Assembly: GCA_036381515.1 (NCBI GenBank)
Contig: DASVCR010000078.1
Location: 14,371 to 78,370 of the forward strand
DNA from: Gammaproteobacteria bacterium
GTDB lineage: Bacteria > Pseudomonadota > Gammaproteobacteria > Steroidobacterales > Rariloculaceae
Direction of reading: 5' to 3'
Length of the DNA stretch: 64,000 nt
Part shown: piece by piece, positions 57,188-64,000 of the stretch
Layout: the number at the start of each line of letters is the position of its first letter
How positions within the stretch are numbered: the stretch's first letter is position 1
Position numbers and translations under genes: made by a program
Notes under the pieces: model-generated
The model's input: only the letters and a program-made list of their open reading frames with translations
What the model was told of the DNA's origin: nothing
Database searches by the model: none

Positions 57188-57958
57188 ATGCCCGAGCCGA
57201 AGCGCCGCGCGGCGCAGCGCCGAGCCCCGTTCCGCGCAGGCCGCGGCGCCCGCCTCGCCCGCGTCGCGGCCCTGGCCGCCGCGCTGTGCGCGCCCGCGGC
57301 CCCGCTCATGGCGCAGGTGCTCGAGCCCGTCGTCAGCGGGTACGTCACGGTCGCGAGCGACTATCGCCATCGGGGCTTGAGCGAAAGCAGCGGCGAGCCG
57401 TCGATCCAGTTCGGCGCGGACTATCAGCACGCGAGCGGCTTCTTCGCGGGCGCATGGGCGGCGCGCATCGACTACGCGCACCCCGCGCACGAGTCGTCGA
57501 CGCGCTTCAAGGTCGGCTACTACGTCGGCGTCAGCAAGCGCATCGCCCGCTGGTCGTGGACGGCGACCGCCGTCCGCTACACGTATCCCGGCCTCGCGTA
57601 CGACTACGACTACAACGAGCTGTCCGCGACGGCGGGCTTCAGGGATCGCGTGTTCGTCACCGCGGCGTACATCGACGACTTCTTCGCGCGCGACGCGTCC
57701 GCGTTCTACAGCGAGATCGGCACCGCGCTGCCGCTGCCGCACGGCCTCGAGCTCGGCGCCACGCTCGGGCGCGTCACGTCGTCCGCGTCACAGCTCGAGT
57801 ACACGCACTGGAACGTCGGGCTGTCGAAAACGTTCGCGCGGCGGCTCGGCATCGACGTGCGCTACCACGACGGCAGCCGCTACGTGTCGAACGCGATCGC
57901 GACGACGGACGCCGACGCCTGGGTCGTCAGCGCGTCCTACGGCTTCCGCTCGCGCTGA
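57188..57958 (+). CDS. TorF-family putative outer-membrane porin
   Basis: GYVTVASDYRHRGLSESSGEPSIQFGADY..GFFAGAW pattern; terminal aromatic-rich strand SASYGF. Confidence 0.7.
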   Translation: MPEPKRRAAQRRAPFRAGRGARLARVAALAAALCAPAAPLMAQVLEPVVSGYVTVASDYRHRGLSESSGEPSIQFGADYQHASGFFAGAWAARIDYAHPAHESSTRFKVGYYVGVSKRIARWSWTATAVRYTYPGLAYDYDYNELSATAGFRDRVFVTAAYIDDFFARDASAFYSEIGTALPLPHGLELGATLGRVTSSASQLEYTHWNVGLSKTFARRLGIDVRYHDGSRYVSNAIATTDADAWVVSASYGFRSR

Positions 57959-59220
57959 AGCGCGGCCGCGACCGGGACGCCGCACACGTGCACGTCCGCG
58001 AGCGCCTCGACCGCGTAGCACGCGTTCACCGTCATCCCGTCTGCGAGCCGGACGACCGATTGCCGCAACAGCTCCGCGACGCGCGGCGTCTCGATGCCGG
58101 GTGAGCGCTCGCGCAGCAGCGCGACGATGCCGCTCAAATGAGCCGCGGCGAGGCTCGTGCCGGAGAAGATCGCGTAGCCGCCGCCGGGCGTCGTCGTCAG
58201 GATCTCGTCCGCCGGGGCCGGCAGCCCGAAGGGCCGGTCGAGGGCGGCGGCTTCGCTCGGCGGATGCGCGACGAGCACGCCGGGCACCGACGCCGGGAAC
58301 TCCGCCTCGTCGGAGGCGTCGGGCGGCGCCGCCGCGACGACGACCGCGCCGCGTGCGACGGCCTCGGCGACGAGGCGCTCGAGCAGCGGATCGGCCGGCC
58401 CCCCGAGGCTCAGATTGATCACGTCCGCGCCGACGTCGATCGCGATCTCGAGCGCCTGAGCGAGCGTGAAGCTCGAGCAGAGCGCGTGTGCGGGCGCCGC
58501 GGGCGCGGCCCAGCACGCGCGCAGCGCGACGATCTCGACGTCCGGTGCGATGCCGAAAATCCCCTGCCGGTTATTCGCGGCCGATGCGATCACGCCGGCG
58601 ACCGCGGTGCCGTGCACCTCGGCGGCCGAGCGGCGCAAGCGCGGGTCGACGACGTCCCGCGAGAAGCCGATGCGGCCCTCGAGCTCCGGGTGCTTCGCGT
58701 CGACGCCCGAGTCGATCACGGCGACCTGCACCCCTTTGCCGGTCGCGAGCGTGTGCGCCTCCTCGACGCCGAGCTCGCGCGCAGCCGGCAGCAAGTCCGC
58801 GTACGGGTCGTCGTAGCGGCTGCCGAGCGTCCGGAACTGATGCATCGGCTGTGCGAGATCGACGCGCGGATCCGCGCTGAGCCTCTCGAGGACCTCGTCG
58901 AGGTCGCGATCCTCCGGCACGACGAAGACCTCGCAGTAGACCTCGAGCGACCGGATCGGCCATCCGTCCTTGCGGCGGATACCGTGCTCCTTCGCGAGCT
59001 GATCCAGGAGGCGATCGACGTCGGGCGGCGGCGCGCCGTAGCCGCGCCTGCGCAGATAGCGCGAGTCGAGCGGCCCCGTCAGGCCGATCCCGCTGCTCTC
59101 GGGCTGCGCGACCGTCAACAGCACCTCGCGCTCGAGCGCCCCGCTCGACGCGACGGGCACGTCGACCGTCGCGCAGCCGGCCGCGACGAGCAGAGCGACG
59201 GCGGCGAGCACGCGCATCAT
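57937..59220 (-). CDS. S8 (subtilisin-family) serine peptidase lipoprotein with I9-like propeptide
   Basis: Lipobox LLVAAGC. Catalytic triad contexts VAVIDSGVD, HGTAVAGVIAS, GTSLAAAHLSG. The ATGA overlap with the anti-sigma stop was verified. Confidence 0.85.
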   Translation of the reverse strand: MMRVLAAVALLVAAGCATVDVPVASSGALEREVLLTVAQPESSGIGLTGPLDSRYLRRRGYGAPPPDVDRLLDQLAKEHGIRRKDGWPIRSLEVYCEVFVVPEDRDLDEVLERLSADPRVDLAQPMHQFRTLGSRYDDPYADLLPAARELGVEEAHTLATGKGVQVAVIDSGVDAKHPELEGRIGFSRDVVDPRLRRSAAEVHGTAVAGVIASAANNRQGIFGIAPDVEIVALRACWAAPAAPAHALCSSFTLAQALEIAIDVGADVINLSLGGPADPLLERLVAEAVARGAVVVAAAPPDASDEAEFPASVPGVLVAHPPSEAAALDRPFGLPAPADEILTTTPGGGYAIFSGTSLAAAHLSGIVALLRERSPGIETPRVAELLRQSVVRLADGMTVNACYAVEALADVHVCGVPVAAALQRERKP

Positions 59221-59855
59221 CGCTCGGCTTCCCGATTCGCCGGCGCCGCGGCCGCCGGCGTCGCGAACGTTTGCCCGGCGAAGCGAATGCGCGGATCGTC
59301 GAGCAGCCGGCGCACGACCGTGCCCGCGTCCGCGGACGCCGGAAGCCGCAGCGTGTAGCGGCCGAGGTTCCTGCTCGGCCCCGCGACGATCTCGGCATCG
59401 AGCTCGTCGAGCAGCGCGCGCATCTCCGCCTCGCGGACGCCGTCGGCGAAGATCACGTCGATGAGCTCGCCGCTGCCTGCGGCGTCCGACAGCGTCCGGT
59501 ACGTCGCGCCGCCGTCGGGTTCGGTGCCGACGAGCCCTGCCGCGAGCGGCAGGCCGACCGCGATGACGACGGCGGCCGCGAGGGCCCAGAGCGTCCGTCG
59601 CGACGTGCCGGGCGGCGATGCCCGGTCGAGACGGCTCCGCAGCCGCTCGAAATTCGCATCCGGCGCGAGCGGCACGACGGGCTGACGCCGCACGAGCGCT
59701 GCGACCCGCGTCTGCTCCGCGAGCTCGGCCCGGCAGGCCAGGCACTGCCTGACGTGCCGCTCGACGCGCTCGCGCTCGTCGCCGGCGAGCGTGCCGTTCA
59801 CGAGCCACGGCAGGAGCGCGGCGGCGAGCTCGTGATCCGATACGTGGCGCGTCAT
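59217..59855 (-). CDS. Anti-sigma factor (zf-HC2 type, single TM, periplasmic C-domain)
   Basis: H..RQCLACRAEL zinc motif, TM WALAAAVVIAVGLPLAAGLV. Overlaps the sigma gene stop. Confidence 0.8.
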   Translation of the reverse strand: MTRHVSDHELAAALLPWLVNGTLAGDERERVERHVRQCLACRAELAEQTRVAALVRRQPVVPLAPDANFERLRSRLDRASPPGTSRRTLWALAAAVVIAVGLPLAAGLVGTEPDGGATYRTLSDAAGSGELIDVIFADGVREAEMRALLDELDAEIVAGPSRNLGRYTLRLPASADAGTVVRRLLDDPRIRFAGQTFATPAAAAPANREAER

Positions 59856-60466
59856 TTGAGCTCGTCCCTGCCGAGCCTCGGCAACAGCGCCCGGAGCTTT
59901 CCGCGCGCGTGGAACATCCGCGTCTTCACCGTGTTCACCGGACAGTTCACGATGCTCGCGATCTCCTCGTACGAGCAGCCGAAGTAGTACGTCAGCTCGA
60001 CGACCGCGCGCTGCTCGGCCGGCAGCACGCGCAGCGCCTGCTCGAGCAGATCCTCGAGCTCGGCCCGCTCCGTGAGTTCCGCGCCGCGCTCCGTGCGTTC
60101 AATCGACGCATCGAAATCGGCGGCCGCGAACCGGCTGTACCAGCGCCGCGCGCGCTGCGCGAGCTTCATCGCCTTGCGGTATGCGATGCCCATGATCCAC
60201 GTCGCGACGCGCGAGCGCGCCTCGAACGCGCCCGCGTCCCGCCACACGACGAGCATCACGTCGTTGACCGTCTCCTCGGCGAGATCGAGTCGGCCGGTGA
60301 GACGGTACGTGAAGCGCAACAGCGGCTGGTAGTACTTGCGGTAGAGCTCCTGCAGCGCATCGCGGTCGCCGCCGCGGACGCGCGCGAGGAGCGCCGTGTC
60401 CACAGCGTCGTCGTCCGACGCGGAGATCGGATTCGCTGACGAATGCGTTTGCCGGTCGATGGTCAT
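59852..60466 (-). CDS. ECF (sigma-70 family group 4) RNA polymerase sigma factor
   Basis: Region 2: LYRKYYQPLLRFTYRLTG..AEETVNDVMLVVW. Region 4: SYEEIASIVNCPVNTVKTRMFHARGKL. ATG 60466. Confidence 0.9.
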   Translation of the reverse strand: MTIDRQTHSSANPISASDDDAVDTALLARVRGGDRDALQELYRKYYQPLLRFTYRLTGRLDLAEETVNDVMLVVWRDAGAFEARSRVATWIMGIAYRKAMKLAQRARRWYSRFAAADFDASIERTERGAELTERAELEDLLEQALRVLPAEQRAVVELTYYFGCSYEEIASIVNCPVNTVKTRMFHARGKLRALLPRLGRDELK

Positions 60467-60531
60467 CTCTGGCCGACGCCGATCGAGGAGCGGTCGCTCA
60501 AGTCTACGGCCGCGCCGTCCGTCCCGCCATT

Positions 60532-60561
60532 GAACCTTGCGGTTAAGCGCCGGCACTCAAG
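60532..60561 (+). promoter_or_regulatory. Candidate ECF-type promoter upstream of the haem-lipoprotein gene
   Basis: tGAACCtt (60531-60538) ... TCAAG (60557-60561), resembling GGAACTT-N16-TCAAA, but the spacer is 18 nt. A GGAGG Shine-Dalgarno sits at 60579-60583. Confidence 0.25.
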
Positions 60562-60593
60562 CGCTGCCACCACCGATGTAGGAGGCCGCCCCG

Positions 60594-61877
60594 ATGAGTC
60601 CTTCGAACGCCGGAAATTCCCGCAATCGTCTCGTGCTCGGGCTCGAAGCCGCGTTGCTCGCCGTCGTGCTCGCCGCGGCGGCCGGCTGCGGCTCGGGGAG
60701 CGGCGGAGGAAGCTCGGCTCCGCAACCGCCGCCGTCCGGCGGGGGCGGCGGTGGAGGCGGAGGCGGCGGCGGGGGCGGCGGCGCTCCGCCGGTCCTCGAG
60801 CCGAACTTCGCGTCGATCCAGCAGAACGTGTTCACGCCGATCTGCACGACGTGTCATGCCGGCGCCACGGCGCCCCAGGGGCTCAGGCTCGACGAAGCGA
60901 ACAGCTACGGCCTTCTCGTCGGCGTGCCGAGCGCCGAGGTGCCGTCGATCCTGCGCGTCGCGCCGGGCGACCCGAACAACAGCTACCTGATCCAGAAGCT
61001 CGAGGGCACCGCGGCCGTCGGCGGGCGGATGCCGCTGAACATGACGCCGCTGTCGCAGGCGGACATCGCCGTGATCCGCCAATGGATCACGGAAGGCGCG
61101 CAGCCGGCGACGCCGCCGGCGCCGCCGAGCGAGCCGCTGCGCGTGACCTCGCTGTCCCCGCTCCCGGATTCGACGCTCGACGCGCTGCCGCCGCAGATCA
61201 TCGCGATGTTCGACCGCGAGCTCGACGCGACGTCGATCACCGCGCAGTCGTTCACGCTGACCGCGAGCGGCGGCGACGGCACGTTCGCCGACGGCAACGA
61301 GACCATCGTGACGGCGGCGTCCGTCGGCGTCTCGCAGAGCAATCCGGCCTCGGCCGTGATGGACCTGACCGGCGTCACGGCCGGCGACGATACGTACCGC
61401 GTGCGGCTCGCGGGCGACGGCCCGGCACCGATCCTCGACCTCGACAGCAATGCGCTCGACGGCGAGTTCGCGGGCACGTTCCCGTCCGGCGACGGCACGC
61501 AGGGCGGCGACTTCGTCGCGGACTTCATGGTCGTGGCGCCGCCGCAGGGCATCCAGCCGACGCTCGACTCGATCCAGACGAACGTGTTCTCGCCGATCTG
61601 CTCGGCGTGCCACACGGGTCCGACCTCCGGCACGCTGCCGTCGGGCCTCGATCTGTCGGACGCCGATGCGAGCTTCGCGAGCCTCGTCGGGGTCGCGAGC
61701 CTCGAGCAGCCCGCCGTGCAGCGCGTCGCGCCGAACGACCCGGACGCGAGCTATCTCGTGCACAAGATCGAAGGCACGGCCGCCGTCGGCGGGCAGATGC
61801 CGCTCTTCCAGGCCCCGCTCGAGCAGGACGCCATCGACGCGATTCGCGAATGGATCGCGCAAGGCGCGGCACGCTGA
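60594..61877 (+). CDS. Lipoprotein with two duplicated CxxCH (PSCyt1-like c-type cytochrome) domains flanking an Ig-like domain
   Basis: Lipobox LAAAAGC and a 15-Gly tether. CTTCH (60843-60857) and CSACH (61599-61613), each inside a ~100-aa repeat: SIQ.NVF.PIC..CH...L.L......L......V.P.DP..SYL..K.EGTAAVGG.MP......I..I..WI..GA. Confidence 0.8.
   Translation: MSPSNAGNSRNRLVLGLEAALLAVVLAAAAGCGSGSGGGSSAPQPPPSGGGGGGGGGGGGGGGAPPVLEPNFASIQQNVFTPICTTCHAGATAPQGLRLDEANSYGLLVGVPSAEVPSILRVAPGDPNNSYLIQKLEGTAAVGGRMPLNMTPLSQADIAVIRQWITEGAQPATPPAPPSEPLRVTSLSPLPDSTLDALPPQIIAMFDRELDATSITAQSFTLTASGGDGTFADGNETIVTAASVGVSQSNPASAVMDLTGVTAGDDTYRVRLAGDGPAPILDLDSNALDGEFAGTFPSGDGTQGGDFVADFMVVAPPQGIQPTLDSIQTNVFSPICSACHTGPTSGTLPSGLDLSDADASFASLVGVASLEQPAVQRVAPNDPDASYLVHKIEGTAAVGGQMPLFQAPLEQDAIDAIREWIAQGAAR
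60738..60782 (+). repeat. (GGN)15 simple repeat encoding a poly-glycine tether
   Basis: 15 consecutive Gly codons, counted on the sequence. Confidence 0.95.
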
Positions 61878-61889
61878 CCGGAGCGCCGC

Positions 61890-63005
61890 ATGAAGACGAC
61901 GATCGGAAGGACGACGATCGCCGCGGCCGCGCTGTGGCTCGCAGCCATGCTGCTCGCGGCCGGTGCTCGGGCGGAGCCCTATCTCGCCGTCAGGACCGGG
62001 CTCAAGTGCGTGAGCTGTCACGTCAACCCGTCGGGCGGCGGGATGCGCAACGCGTTCGGGAACGCGTGGGCGCGCAACGAGCTCGCCGCGCGAATCGTCA
62101 CGCCGCCCGGCGTCGACGCTTCGGACGCGGGCTGGACGGGCGAGCTGCACCGCTACCTCGCGGTCGGCGGCGACTTGCGCACGGGGCTCGTCCACGAGGA
62201 CGTCCCCGGGCTCGATCCGGAGTCGGAGTTCGCGATCTCGCGCGCGACGGTCTATGCCGCGCTTCGCGCGATCCCGAATCTGCTGACGGTCTATCTCGAC
62301 GAGCAGGTCGCGCCCGGCGGCGCCGTCGCGCGCGAAGCGTACGCGCTCCTCACGCCGGCGAACGGACGCTACACGATCAAGGCGGGCAAGTTCTTCCTGC
62401 CGCACGGGCTGCGCCTGCAGGACGACACCGCGTTCGTGCGGCAGATTACGGGCATCAACTTCGACACGCCCGACCACGGCGTCGAGCTCGGGCTCGAGCT
62501 GCCGCGCTGGTCCGCGCAGCTCGGCGTCACGAACGGCACGGCGGGCGGCGGCGAGAACGACTCGTCGAAGCAGACGTCGCTGAACGCGAGCTACGTCCTG
62601 CCCCGGTGGCGGATCGGCGCGAGCTACAACTACAACAACGCGGACCTGGGCGACCGCGAGATCCGCGGAGCCTACGTCGGCTGGCGCACCGGACCGATCG
62701 CGTGGCTCGCCGAAGCGGATCTCGTCACCGACGACGTGGCCGGCGGCGAGCGCGATACGTACGTGAGCCTGCTCGAGGGCAACTGGCAGCTGCGCCGCGG
62801 CCACAACCTCAAGGTCACGTACGAGTACTACGATCCGGACGACGACCTCGACGAGGACGAGCGCGAGCGATACAGCGTCGTCTGGGAGCTGTCGCCGATG
62901 CAGAACCTGCAGTCACGGATCGGCATGCGCTTCTACAACGGCGTGCCCGAAGACGACGCGAGCAACCGCGACGTGTTCTTCGCGGAGCTGCACGTCTACT
63001 TCTGA
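61890..63005 (+). CDS. Fused monohaem cytochrome-porin candidate (Cyc2-like outer-membrane beta-barrel with N-terminal CxxCH)
   Basis: Signal peptide ..AAGARA. CVSCH at residues 40-44 (62007-62021), followed by NPSGGGM. Then ~320 aa of alternating amphipathic strands ending ..FFAELHVYF. Confidence 0.65.
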   Translation: MKTTIGRTTIAAAALWLAAMLLAAGARAEPYLAVRTGLKCVSCHVNPSGGGMRNAFGNAWARNELAARIVTPPGVDASDAGWTGELHRYLAVGGDLRTGLVHEDVPGLDPESEFAISRATVYAALRAIPNLLTVYLDEQVAPGGAVAREAYALLTPANGRYTIKAGKFFLPHGLRLQDDTAFVRQITGINFDTPDHGVELGLELPRWSAQLGVTNGTAGGGENDSSKQTSLNASYVLPRWRIGASYNYNNADLGDREIRGAYVGWRTGPIAWLAEADLVTDDVAGGERDTYVSLLEGNWQLRRGHNLKVTYEYYDPDDDLDEDERERYSVVWELSPMQNLQSRIGMRFYNGVPEDDASNRDVFFAELHVYF

Positions 63006-63014
63006 CGTGTGCGG

Positions 63015-64000
63015 CTACTCGAAGCGGTACGTCACGCCGAAGCGCAGCGTCCTCGGCTCCTCCGCGCGGCTCATGCGGCAGTTCACGACGTCGCAGTCGA
63101 TGTCCTCCGACGTGAGCCCCGGAGGGTCGAGCCCTTCGACGTACGCTTCGTACCAGTACACGATGTCCTTGCCGTTCTCGTCGAGCGCGTTCAAGAGCTC
63201 GCCGTAGATCGTCGTGCGGCCCAGCGTGTAGGCCGCGCGCACGTTCAGATGCGTCTCGCTGCCGGCGCGCCTCGAGTTGTCCGGCAGGAGCGCGTACGGG
63301 CCGAGATAGCGCAGCCGCACGCTCGCCTCCCACGGGCCCGTCACGGCCGAGACGCCGAGCTGTCCCGCGTGCTCGACGGCCCCCTCGATCCGCCGGCCGC
63401 CGTCGACCGCATTGACGTAGCGCGCGCGGCTGCCGGTATAGACCGCGTCGAGGCCGAGCCAGTCGATCGGCCGCCAGAACGCGACGAGCTCGTACCCGCG
63501 CCGCTCGGACGCGCCGGACGGCTCCACCGAGTTCGAATCGCCGACGAACTTGAGCTCGCTGTCGAGGTCGAGCCACCAGTACGCCGTCGTGAGCTTCAGG
63601 TTGCCGACCTCGAAGCGGGCGCCGGCCTCGTAGCCGGTCCCCCTCACGAGGCCCGGGACCGGCTCGACCTCGTTGACGACGCCCCGCGCATCGTTCGAAT
63701 GAAAGCCGCGCCCCCAGTTCGCGTAGAGCTCGACGTTGTCGGTCAGCGTGAAGGCCGCGCCGAGCTTCGGCGACACGCGGCTGTCGCGCTCGCTGCCGGC
63801 GAAGCTGCCCGGCGTCCGCGCGACGACGTCGAACGCGTACACGTCGCCGCGCAGCCCCGCGAGCACGCGCATGCGATCGGTCGGCGACCACGTCGCCTCC
63901 GCGTACACCCCGAGCGACGTCTCGTCGATCGAGTTGCTCGCGATGTTCTCGACGAACTCGCCGGCGTCGGTGTGATCGACCCCGACCTTGCCGATGTCGT
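63015..64000 (-). CDS. TonB-dependent receptor, C-terminal barrel (partial, continues past window end)
   Basis: Terminal strand RTLRFGVTYRFE and typical barrel repeats. The frame stays open upstream of the tracked GTG through base 64000. Confidence 0.85.
   Translation of the reverse strand, partial: DIGKVGVDHTDAGEFVENIASNSIDETSLGVYAEATWSPTDRMRVLAGLRGDVYAFDVVARTPGSFAGSERDSRVSPKLGAAFTLTDNVELYANWGRGFHSNDARGVVNEVEPVPGLVRGTGYEAGARFEVGNLKLTTAYWWLDLDSELKFVGDSNSVEPSGASERRGYELVAFWRPIDWLGLDAVYTGSRARYVNAVDGGRRIEGAVEHAGQLGVSAVTGPWEASVRLRYLGPYALLPDNSRRAGSETHLNVRAAYTLGRTTIYGELLNALDENGKDIVYWYEAYVEGLDPPGLTSEDIDCDVVNCRMSRAEEPRTLRFGVTYRFE

Noticed and set aside
60443-63115. 890-aa plus-strand ORF, and the 753-aa minus-strand ORF at 60543-62804, both spanning the haem-module region.
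   Set aside because: Same shadow-ORF composition. The in-phase genes 60594-61877 and 61890-63005 have signal peptides, lipobox, CxxCH motifs and an internal domain duplication.
1-64000. Prophage, integrative element, toxin-antitoxin or recognised anti-phage defence island anywhere in the window.
   Set aside because: No integrase, transposase, tRNA attachment site, restriction-modification genes, or cyclase/effector or nuclease/helicase pairs were recognisable. The only mobile-element trace is the DUF222 remnant.

Overview
This is a ~70% GC proteobacterial chromosomal segment. Gene content suggests an aerobic high-GC Gammaproteobacterium, possibly Nevskiales- or Steroidobacter-like, but the lineage cannot be proven from sequence alone. 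I call about 57 protein-coding genes. I found no rRNA, tRNA, CRISPR array or intact mobile element. All calls rest on motif reading of the supplied translations, codon position-3 GC, start/stop geometry and visible DNA structure; no database search was run.

Content from left to right:
- A cytoplasmic signalling operon: receiver, hemerythrin, HAD-phosphatase/P-loop NTPase fusion, hybrid histidine kinase.
- phhB, a DegP/DegQ protease, a PAP2 phosphatase, cardiolipin synthase and the bfr/bfd pair.
- Serine-glyoxylate-type aminotransferase coupled to a PQQ beta-propeller gene.
- An RND efflux triad with a divergent TetR regulator.
- A CHASE8-like hybrid kinase with a YfiR-like protein, then yihY, hflKC and an SLC13 permease.
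- An accessory-looking block of two soluble glucose-dehydrogenase-family PQQ proteins, each paired with a paralogous uncharacterised secreted protein, plus a DUF6152-type protein.
- An operon of class II aldolase, CbbY-like HAD, DhaL, DhaK and Gph.
- A decayed stretch with gene remnants, then glcDEF and a DUF748 protein.
- A tightly packed operon of Sel1-like protein, secreted vWA protein, ABC ATPase and FtsX-type permease.
- gnd-zwf-pgl and a TorF-like porin.
- An overlapping ECF sigma / anti-sigma / S8 lipoprotein-protease triad, divergent from a two-gene module: a di-haem lipoprotein plus a Cyc2-like fused cytochrome-porin.
- A partial TonB-dependent receptor at the right edge.

The strongest candidates for undescribed biology are:
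- the haem-lipoprotein / cytochrome-porin module with its ECF/S8 neighbours;
- the Sel1-vWA-ABC-FtsX operon, which carries a very anomalous AT-rich patch;
- the PQQ / secreted-paralog / DUF6152 block.

Many very long Arg/Ala/Pro-rich ORFs in the six-frame track are high-GC shadow ORFs and are not reported as genes.
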